From contig MHWW01000003.1 in NCBI GenBank assembly GCA_001824275.1, positions 19,325-83,324 of the forward strand: a DNA stretch of 64,000 nt. The letters run 5' to 3'. Below, in pieces: positions 1 through 8,600 of this stretch (positions are counted from its first letter, which is position 1; every line of letters begins with the position of its first letter). This DNA comes from Candidatus Zambryskibacteria bacterium RIFOXYC1_FULL_39_10 (lineage in GTDB: Bacteria; Patescibacteriota; Minisyncoccia; Phycocordibacterales; WO2-35-19). The translations under genes were made by a program, and so were the position numbers. The notes under the pieces were generated by a model. That model worked only from the letters and a program-made list of their open reading frames with translations. It was not told the DNA's origin and searched no databases.

Positions 1-1210
1 GTCTCCTCTTTTTTGTTTTATCCGAGATTTTCTTGACCACATGAAGCGGATAAAACTGATAATAATCTTTTTCATCAAACCAAGCGCAAACAAAATTGAA
101 TATTCGCAGTCCCGTGAGGCGTGACATAGCGAGTGCATACCATGTCAGCTGTTCAATTGGTTTTTCCTTACTAGCATTTGGTTTGTAATCAAGTAGATGT
201 ATTTGGCCGTTCCTGATTTGTACTATATCTATATGCCCGGTCAACAATTTCGGTAAATCAATCTCTTTACCACCTTTAAGCGTTATTTTTTTGTTATCGC
301 TTATTTTAAATTTTAATACATTTTCCATATGCTCCACATCTTCTCTCCTTATATACACCGGCACTTCGGTCGCGACTGTGCAAGAGTCGTTGGCAAGCAT
401 AAATCTTTGTAAATGTTCGTGACGCTCTTTGTTATCAGGAATTGATTGCAAGACGAACGCAGTCAAACGGTTGGCATAATTGAATTTTGAATTAACGATC
501 ATATCAGCCTTATCAAATTTACTGCGGATTTCTGACATTCTTTCACCATCTTGAAAATATTGATGGGGTGTTTCGCTAGAGACATTATCCAAATAACTTT
601 TGAGCGGTGATAAAACTCTATTTTTAAATTCATCCAACATCAAAATTGTTTTGGCTCGGTGGTAGCGGAAACGATAAAGCTGACGATGAGCCATAGTGGT
701 CACTTCAACGACATCTTTTGGGCCAAACATTTTAATCGCATAAGGCCGCAGTCTTTCATATCGGCAAAGTTCTTTGTATTCGTTTATCCAGTCTGATAGC
801 GTTGCTGGCTCCGGTGCTACGCCAAACTTTTGTTTTATAATTTTGCAAGTTTCTTCCAGTGTTAGCCCGAGATTATAATAACTCATTGATTCAATAATAA
901 TATGAAGTGGAAAATGTTTACCTTTTATATCCTGAGCTGTAAATGTCCTGCCACAACCAAAATTTCGGCAAAGATACAACTGCACTACCTGATTTTTATT
1001 TTTTCGGGTTCCTCTTTTAACAAAATTGGTTGACATACAATATGGACAAATTGAGGCATCACGAGCATTGCGAATTGTTTCTGTTTCTTCTCCTTTTTTA
1101 ACCTCACCCCCGTCCCCTCTCCTAGATGCAGGAGAGGGGGGAACAAAAATCCCCGTGATTTTGTCCCACATTTTTGTTATGCCGTTTTTTTGTGTTTTTT
1201 CGCTTGACAT
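1..1210 (-). CDS. Zn-ribbon + HTH protein with C-terminal PD-(D/E)xK-like nuclease motif; partial (3' end beyond window start); start uncertain (ATG at 1210, 1172 or 1036)
   Basis: A long open minus-strand frame runs off the window edge, which is why it is absent from the complete-ORF track. My translation contains a CPYC-x22-CRNFGC zinc ribbon resembling transposase-type Zn ribbons (IS1/IS1595-like), followed by an HTH-like segment. Further in is GHIDIV...IHLLDYK, which fits a PD...(D/E)xK core. The N-terminus MSSEKTQK is encoded by the 47-bp repeat shared with the next gene. Confidence 0.45.
   Translation of the reverse strand, partial: MSSEKTQKNGITKMWDKITGIFVPPSPASRRGDGGEVKKGEETETIRNARDASICPYCMSTNFVKRGTRKNKNQVVQLYLCRNFGCGRTFTAQDIKGKHFPLHIIIESMSYYNLGLTLEETCKIIKQKFGVAPEPATLSDWINEYKELCRYERLRPYAIKMFGPKDVVEVTTMAHRQLYRFRYHRAKTILMLDEFKNRVLSPLKSYLDNVSSETPHQYFQDGERMSEIRSKFDKADMIVNSKFNYANRLTAFVLQSIPDNKERHEHLQRFMLANDSCTVATEVPVYIRREDVEHMENVLKFKISDNKKITLKGGKEIDLPKLLTGHIDIVQIRNGQIHLLDYKPNASKEKPIEQLTWYALAMSRLTGLRIFNFVCAWFDEKDYYQFYPLHVVKKISDKTKKRR
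1104..1139. repeat. C-rich REP-like hairpin element (a): cacccccgt CCCCTCTCCT agatgc AGGAGAGGGG
   Basis: Perfect 10-bp inverted repeat preceded by a C5 tract. Same architecture as the elements at 2570-2606 and 24538-24573. Confidence 0.45.
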
Positions 1211-1231
1211 TGTGTTTTGATTTGCTATACT
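1184..1231 (+). repeat. 47-bp direct repeat, copy 1. Plus strand: TTGACA-16nt-TATACT sigma70-like promoter. Minus strand: encodes the MSSEKTQK N-terminal leader
   Basis: Identical to 1707-1753 (ttgtgttttttcgcttgacattgtgttttgatttgctatact). TTGACA is at 1204-1209 and TATACT at 1226-1231. Confidence 0.8.
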
Positions 1232-1292
1232 TAATTTATATTTGGGGTTACCCACGACTCCTGTCAGAAATGACAGGAGGTCTATTTTTTTC
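1204..1292 (+). promoter_or_regulatory. mini transcription unit 1: consensus promoter, then hairpin CCTGTCAgaaaTGACAGG, then T-run; antisense to the 3' end of the MazF-like gene
   Basis: -35 TTGACA and -10 TATACT with a 16-nt spacer. A 7-bp stem hairpin at 1261-1278 is followed by tctattttttt. Confidence 0.4.
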
Positions 1293-1757
1293 AGCAATAT
1301 TATGTAATTTAAAATACATATCTCTTATTATTTTTGAATCCTTCTCATCCAATTCTCCTATTTTTTCTTTGAATCTCCTATAGTCATAAACCCTTCCCTG
1401 AGATAAAACAACATTTTGATTAATCCCAATAAAAGTTATCGGAGCAAACCATGACCCAGTTTTTGGTTTAGTAGTAAGTGGTAATCCCAAAAAAGAATAT
1501 TTGTCATATTTTTTAAATACAAAAACCGGTCGAGTAAATTTTTGATCTTTACCATTTATTTCAACCCCAACATTTTCTCCAATATAAGACCACCATATTT
1601 CATTCTCTTTAAATAACGGCGGCAAAGATTCGTTGTTATGAATTTTCTCTTTCAAACCAATCCACGCCAAAAATCTTTTAATTATATTTTTTGGTTTTTG
1701 CATATTCTTTTGTGTTTTTTCGCTTGACATTGTGTTTTGATTTGCTATACTCATCAT
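1248..1757 (-). CDS. MazF/PemK-family toxin-like endoribonuclease with N-terminal extension (probable start at the in-frame ATG at 1730)
   Basis: Translation ENEIWW..GENVG.E..GK...RPVFVF...PLTTK......VVLSQGRVYDYRRF.EKIGELDEKD follows the Kid/PemK/MazF pattern (IWwv.lgp..G.E..k.RPvlV...v.PlTs.....q.R..D..Rl....g.l). The upstream GGAGGTG is 17 nt from ATGATG, so the SD and start choice are ambiguous. Confidence 0.6.
   Translation of the reverse strand: MMSIANQNTMSSEKTQKNMQKPKNIIKRFLAWIGLKEKIHNNESLPPLFKENEIWWSYIGENVGVEINGKDQKFTRPVFVFKKYDKYSFLGLPLTTKPKTGSWFAPITFIGINQNVVLSQGRVYDYRRFKEKIGELDEKDSKIIRDMYFKLHNIAEKNRPPVISDRSRG
1707..1753 (+). repeat. 47-bp direct repeat, copy 2 (same promoter-like motif; encodes the leader of the MazF-like gene)
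   Basis: Exact copy of 1184-1231. TTGACA is at 1724-1729 and TATACT at 1746-1751. Confidence 0.8.
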
Positions 1758-1810
1758 GTATCTTTAATGAATTACACCTCCTAAGGTTCTGTACTTAGGC
1801 GGTGTTTTTT
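1724..1810 (+). promoter_or_regulatory. mini transcription unit 2: same promoter, then hairpin CCTAAGgttctgtaCTTAGG, then T-run; antisense to the MazF-like 5' UTR/SD and the NYN 3' end
   Basis: Promoter at 1724-1751; hairpin at 1780-1799; cggtgttttttact follows. Confidence 0.4.
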
Positions 1811-2431
1811 ACTATTCACAGCCCCTCTTGACAAAGAATTTCTATCGTCTATAATGGATAGCACTGATATTCTCCCGGCCGCAAGGTCGGGAGTATTATT
1901 TTTCCTATTTAATTCGACAAATTCTCTTATCTTTTCAAGAATTAAATACTTTGTTTTCTTTAGTTCAAAAGCCAAATTACCCTTAAAACTAACGAAACGG
2001 ATATTTTTGTGCTGTTCTATAAAAACATATTTCCATAATTCAAAATAATCGCTATCTCCGCTGAAAACCATTACCTCATCCAAATTATTAAGACTTCTTA
2101 CAACATCTAAAGTTATTTCTATATCAACATTTCCTTTTTTCTGTCCATTTATATATTTAAGAGGCTTGGTTATCACTTTGGCAAATTTTTCTATAACATC
2201 AAGGTATTTCTTTGAATCGGCATAAGATGTATCGGTTTTTTCAGGTAAGGCGGCATAATAATTGAAAATCTTAACTTCAAAAATAGACCCAAAAAGTTTT
2301 TTCACTTTTTCTATGTCCAATTTCCAACCGGCTTTTTTAGACGCATAATATATATTGGCTCCATCAATAAATATTCCTATTTTCTTTTTTGCTCTATTGT
2401 TTTCCATTTTATTTTTGATGTCTCGTATCAC
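1781..2431 (-). CDS. NYN/LabA-like domain protein (PIN-like RNase fold)
   Basis: KKIGIFIDGANIYYA......VFSGDSDYFEL matches NYN (DUF88/LabA) signature residues. The ~50-aa C-terminal tail overlaps the plus-strand promoter/hairpin unit 3. Confidence 0.65.
   Translation of the reverse strand: MIRDIKNKMENNRAKKKIGIFIDGANIYYASKKAGWKLDIEKVKKLFGSIFEVKIFNYYAALPEKTDTSYADSKKYLDVIEKFAKVITKPLKYINGQKKGNVDIEITLDVVRSLNNLDEVMVFSGDSDYFELWKYVFIEQHKNIRFVSFKGNLAFELKKTKYLILEKIREFVELNRKNNTPDLAAGRISVLSIIDDRNSLSRGAVNSKKHRLSTEP
1828..1906 (+). promoter_or_regulatory. mini transcription unit 3: TTGACA-16nt-TATAAT, then hairpin CTCCCGGCCgcaagGGTCGGGAG, then T-run; antisense to the NYN gene 3' region
   Basis: TTGACA at 1828-1833 and TATAAT at 1850-1855. 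A 9-bp stem (one G-U pair) at 1872-1894 is followed by tattatttttcc. Confidence 0.4.
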
Positions 2432-2569
2432 GACTTGACCTACTCAAAATCTCACGCTTTTCGGATATTTTGGCACTTTCCGTGCTATTCGTGATATTTT
2501 ATTTGGCATTTTTGTTGACATTTGTCAAATAATTTTGCCCCAAAGGGTCATCCTCAAATTTCTTATTTC

Positions 2570-2606
2570 CTAACTCCCCCTGCCCCCTCTTAAATTAAGA
2601 GGGGGT
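2570..2606. repeat. C-rich REP-like hairpin element (b): ctccccctg CCCCCTCTTAA a TTAAGAGGGGG, overlapping the giant gene stop codon
   Basis: Perfect 11+1+11 palindrome at 2584-2606, preceded by a C-rich tract. Confidence 0.5.
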
Positions 2607-5600
2607 TTCAGATGTCCCAGTACCGATATTGACATCTGTTGAAACTGTTTCCGATGCCGAAATTATTTCTGCTGGCGGAGTTACAATTTCTACTACCGGT
2701 TCAGCTGGCGCAGAAATTATTTCTACAACTGGTGGAATTATTATTACACTTTCAGAAGTTGTGCTTGCTGTTATTATTTCTGGTGTTGAGCTCCCCACTG
2801 CCGACGTTGCCTCTCCGTTGAGTTCATTCCCCATTACCGAAATTGTTGTCGTTGTTGTCGTTGTTTCTGATGTCGAAGTGGCTTGCGTTGTAACCCCGGC
2901 AACTTCGGGAGCGGAACGAATCAATTCTTTAAACTGCTCTTTGGTCACACAGACATCATCTACACAAACTTCTCCTTCAATATGCAAACTGCCCACAAAC
3001 AATTTTGTAATCTTAGTGAACTCATCCCCTATTTCCACCCCGACACCCTTTAAATAGACCACAATTCGCCCTAGGAGCGTTTCTTTACCATCCACGGCAA
3101 TGGTAGTCGTAGCGGACACATCATTCTCCAAATCTGCCATTTTTGCATTCAAAATTTCAAATTTAATTTCGCTATTACTTAAAAATTCAGCGGTTGAAGA
3201 AGCATACATTTCCTGTACCGATTTCACTTCCGCGATTTGTTTTTGTTGCTCTTGAATGGCGTTTACTAAAATAGGTGTGAGCTTACCATAGTCCACATTT
3301 GATGGTCGACCCTGTGCATCAAAACTAACTATCTCTGGAATTATTTTTGCCACATCTTCCGCAATAAATCCGACCTGTGAAGTTTGGTTATTGGGCATAA
3401 AACTTTCTTGCCAGTTGTAGGAAACCGGCTGGAGCTGTGCAATTTCGACCAAACCATAATTTAATGGGTTAACATTTTTCTTGAAACGGAGCGATGAACC
3501 TCCGCATTGAGTAGTTGAAGTCGCCAAGTTTCCTGTGGTCGTATTTGCACAAACAAAGTAGCCAGTGGACTCGTTGACGAGTGCCGGAAACATCACAGAA
3601 CCATTTACGGCTAATTTTGCACCAGGACTCGTCGTCCCGATGCCGACGTTGCCACTTCCTAATAATGTCAACACTGACCTTTGCACCGTTTCGCCATAAT
3701 TAACACGAAAATCTATAGAGTTGTTTGCCACACCTGAAGCATGATTTGTATATATACTATGATAATAAGTATCTGGGAAAGATGTTCTCGATAATCGCAA
3801 TACTTCTGCAAACGTGGCGTCTGCCCCACCATTTTCAATCGTAGTTATACCTTTAACATGCAACTTACTCACCGGTCCCGTCGTCCCGATGCCGACGTTG
3901 CCTAGTAAATAATTATTTCCAGTCCCATCTGACTTTAGTAAACCGTCGATTTGCAAATTACCGGATAAATCAACATATCCTTTTTCTCCTCCTAAATTGA
4001 ATGTTATATAGCTATCGGCATATAATTTAAGTTTGTTTGCTTCAGTGCCAGCAATATACGTTCCCGCATCAGTTGTATAATCAGGGTAGAATATTCCTCC
4101 ACCCCTAATATTTCCCGCCACATCCAGTAATGCCCCCGGACTCGTCGTCCCGATGCCGACGTTGCCAGCACTTGTTATTCTCACCTTTTCCGTTGGGACA
4201 CCACTATTAGAAGTATTGAAGATTAAATCGCTGTAATTTCCTCCTCCAATACTTTGCAATGCTTGTATCGAAGCAACTTCCTGATTGGTTAATGTTGAAT
4301 ATGAATTTCTAAAGTGTATACCGCCAATCTCATAGCCGTTCCCTGCCGGAAAAGCACTGATTGTCAACTGAACCGGTGTTGAAGCCGCACTACTTGAAAG
4401 ATGCAATTTACTCTGCGGACTCGTCGTCCCGATGCCGACGTTGCCACTATCTGTTACTAACACATTTGCCGTGCTCCCCGCAGCATTTACAAAAGCCAGA
4501 CCAGTGCTTCCAAGAGTGGAATACCCGATATATCCCTTAGATGTTCCTGCGTTTTTAAACTGTATAAACGCAGAACTCGCAGCAGCTGTGTCTTCAACAA
4601 TAACAGGCGTATTAGCTGCACCAGAAATATGTAACAATGCCCCCGGACTCGTCGTCCCGATGCCGATATTACCGGCGCTTGCAATGAACATTCTATTATC
4701 AACTCCTCCAGAACGAAATCCGATAGCACCACCACTTTCATAGAATCCACCCGTATCAGCACCATTACCACCAAACACTCCGAAATTAGTTTTGAAACGA
4801 ATACCCCCATTCACATCCAACTTCGCTCCTGGACTGCTTGTCCCAATTCCCACATTCCCGGAATTTTGTTGGACGATGAATTGTGAAGTACCGACAGCGA
4901 AGCCACCGGTTGAGATGGTGGAGGTTGCTGTAGTTGAAGTCGCATTGAAATTACCAAATGTTGGAGTGGAGGTAGCAACAATGACACCTGATGCGTTAGT
5001 AGAAAGTAGTGAATTGATTGCAAGACCAGAGAAAGTGAGGGAACCACCTGTAGTGATGTTTCCATTGTAATCAATTGTGAATTTAGAAGTTGAAGCAACT
5101 TTGAGATCTAATAGATTACCAGTGAAGCCAGTGATTGCATCTGCTCCTATGAGTGTTCCGGTTGAACCTACCACTGATAGTTTTGCCCATGGGGATGTAG
5201 TGCCTATCCCGACGTTGCCGGTCTGTTTTACATACAACAAGCTATTACTCGACTCATTCTCAACATTAAAATAACCAGAGGCTCCTGAAATTGTAGATTT
5301 GACATATCTCGAGTCAGATTGCAATGCTCCAATTTCAAAAACTTGTTTCAAGGCATTCCCACTCATAACATCAAAAGTGAAGGCACTTTCCATACTGCCC
5401 GTATTGACATCATTGGCAACCCAACTCATTCTATTAGATTCTCTTACATCATTAGCGGAATCGAGGTAGAAAGAGACATATGCCTCATCACCAGCAGTTG
5501 GTGTGGCTCGTTCATTTCCCTGCAACACCACAACAAGATTACTCGCAGCATCAGTAGTCTTACTAATATCAAGCAAAGCTCTCGGACTCGTCGTCCCGAT

Positions 5601-8600
5601 GCCGACGTTGCCACCAAGAGTTGCGAAGTAGGCAGAACCTGTGGAGGTGATAGCAGTAGTAGAAGCATACCCAAGAGTTGTTAGACCTGATACTGACATT
5701 GTCCCTGTTGCCGTAATGTTCGCTGCTGTGAGATTGCCATTGAAAAATCCGCTACCTGCTACACTCAACAATGCGAAGGGAGAGGTGGTGCCTATGCCGA
5801 CGTTGCCACCGTTCATTATTCTCATTGCCTCTGTCCCAGCTGGTGAAAAAGCAAAGTGATTCGCAGAAGCAGCACTTGAAGCCCAAGTCCACACCGAGCC
5901 AGAATTACTGAATGTGACAGTTGAGACGCCTGTTCTTTCAACAGTAAAGGTTGGTGAGGCCGCTGCAATGTGCAAAATTGATGTCGGACTCGTCGTACCG
6001 ATGCCGACGTTGCCAGTTGCTGCGGCAATTGTTAATCTAGTAGCTCCTACTGGTGCTACGGTATTATCATAAAAAAGAAAATTGTTATTTACGTCATTAA
6101 GCCCAAACGACCAAGTCTGACCGGGTTTATTAACTGAAATTTGACTAAAGCCGGTGTCGGATGCTGTGCTTATTGCAATTTTGGAGTAAAGTGGCCCTGC
6201 TACTTGCAGTAATTCAATCGGCGTCGCCGTCCCAATACCAACTTTTCCTGTTGAGAAGTCATAAACAAACCCTGTACCTCCGATTGCAAATCCTCCAGCA
6301 ATAGTTGAAGTCGCTGCAGTTGAAGTAGCGTTGAAGTTACCAAATGTTGGAGTTGAAGTAGCAACGATGACACCTGATGCGTTAGTAGAAAGAAGAGAAT
6401 TGATTGCGGCACCGGAGAGAGTGAGAGAACCTCCTGTGGTGATTGCTCCAGTGTAATCAATAGTGAATTTAGAAGTTGAAGCGACTTTCAAATCCAAAAG
6501 ATTGCCTGTAAAACCGGTCAGAGCGTCCGTGCCTATGACTGTTCCCGTCGTACTCAAATGTTCCACTGAAAGTTTGGCGTATGGTGAAGTCGTCCCGATG
6601 CCGACGTTGCCGGAACTTAAAATTCTCATCTTTTCACTAAAGGTTCCTGCTAACGTAGTAATGAAAGTAAGGTCTGCACTAACTGCATTAGCTACGTGAG
6701 AAGTAATTGTTGTGCCAATTTGGGTCGCAGGTTTGATGGCACTATTAGCATCAAAAGTATTAAATCGCAAACCTAGCCCGGTATTATCTGTGGTATTTGT
6801 GTTCATTAAATCAAAAACTGGGAAGCTACCGAAAGCAGTCTGAGCACTATTTGTTTGGAACAATCCACCTAAAGTATATTGGCTTGTATCTACTACATTT
6901 AGTTTATAGCTGGGACTGGTCGTCCCGATGCCGACGTTGCCGGCAAAGTAGGAGTTGCCTGTGCCGAGGACACTTAAGTTTTGAGCAATAGTGGTTGAGG
7001 CGTTAATGGTTAAGGTTTGAAGGCTTGGTGTGGCATTAAACATTCCATAAAGTAAAGCTCCTGCTTTATCTCCGCTGGTGTTTTCGCGGTCTTGGTTGTC
7101 TATGTAAAAAGAATTGGAACCAAGTTCGTATGCACCCGCATACATTCCAAACATTACATTACTATTTCCAAATAGATTATATCCTGCTTTATATCCTACG
7201 ACTGTGTTGTATGAATATGGAGTAGACCCACCATAACCAACTTTTGAACCAATAAGAGTATTTTGTATAAAGACACCAGTACCACTAAAACCAGCACCCC
7301 TCCCAATCGCTGTGTTGTCAGAACCTGTGGTGTTCGCATAGAGAGAAGAATCTCCAATCGCTGTGTTGTCGTTTCCTGTGATGTTGGAGTAGAGAGAACC
7401 ATATCCAATCGCTATGTTGGAGTTTCCTGTGGTGTCGGAGTAGAGAGAAAAAGATCCATTCGCTGTGTTGTAGGCTCCTGTGGTGTTGGAGTAGAGAGAA
7501 TGAGATCCATTCGCTGTGTTGGAGTTTCCTGTGGTGTTGGAGAAGAGAGATTGATAGCCATTCGCTGTATTGTAGGAACCTTTCCAAGTAGCACCTACTT
7601 GACCCACACTACTTTGTCCTCCTCCACCAATAAAGAGATTATCACCCTCTGAATTAGCACCTTTGTAAGTAGAGAATAAAGCATTTGTACCATTAGTATT
7701 TATATTTATATTCCCCGCAACATCTAATTTCTGGCTGGGACTGGTCGTCCCGATGCCGACGTTGCCGGCAAAGTAGGAGTTGCCTGTGCCGAGGACACTT
7801 AAGTTTTGAGCAATGGTGGTTGAGGCGTTAATGGTTAAGGTTTGAAGGCTTGGTGTGGCATTAAACATTCCATAAAGTAAAGCTCCTGCTTTATCTCCGT
7901 TGGTGTTTTCGCGGTCTTGGTTGTCTATGTAAAAAGAATTGGAACCGAGTTCATACATTCCTGCACTAGTTCCAAGAGCGACATTGTTTGATCCAGTTTC
8001 GTTTAACATAAGAGATTGCGCACCAATTGCGACATTGCTATCACCCGTAGTATTTAACATGAGAGAAGCCACACCAAAAGCGCTATTGATACCGCCTGTA
8101 GTATTAGACATGAGAGATTTTTCACCATTTGCTGTATTAGAGAAACCTGTAGTGTTGTATTTAAGAGCTCGACTACCTATACCCGTGTTCCAATATCCCG
8201 CATCAACATTATCGGTTGGTTGACTAAAGCCGGCTTGTTTTCCAATATAAAGATTTCCAGCATTATAATTAGCATCATCCGGATCACTCGCAAAGATTCT
8301 CAACATCTCCGTACCCGCCGCATCTTTTATAAAAATGCCGGAATTAGCTGGGGTGTAGTTACCGGGTGAGCCGTTGGTAGTGATAGTTAAAGGTGAGGTA
8401 TTAGAATCTCGGTTATCTATAGTCAGTTTGGCTGAAGGCGTCGTCGTCCCGATGCCGACGTTGCCTGTCGCTCTCCAAACACTTGTACCATCAGTTGTCC
8501 AATTCCCCACACCCGCACCAGCAATCAAAGAACCGTTCCAATAAAGATCACTTGAAGTATTGTAGAGACGGGAATAAGTATCGGCAGGAGAAGACGATTC

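Noticed and set aside
1026-1383. Plus-strand ORFs 1026-1220 and 1174-1383
   Set aside because: They overlap the better-supported minus-strand gene A frame and the 47-bp repeat, and the peptides are low-complexity.
2629-8223. Numerous 60-130-aa plus-strand ORFs antisense to the giant gene (e.g. 2629-3057, 4432-4743, 7263-7652)
   Set aside because: They are embedded in a 7.25-kb minus-strand ORF, are low-complexity mirror translations of the repeats, and lack start/RBS context. I consider them spurious.
3640-8470. A conserved ~26-bp string (GGACTCGTCGTCCCGATGCCGACGTTGCC) recurring more than 11 times could be mistaken for a CRISPR array
   Set aside because: Spacing is irregular (280-700 bp), copies lie inside one continuous ORF and encode the peptide GNVGIGTTSP, and there are no cas genes. 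These are coding repeats.
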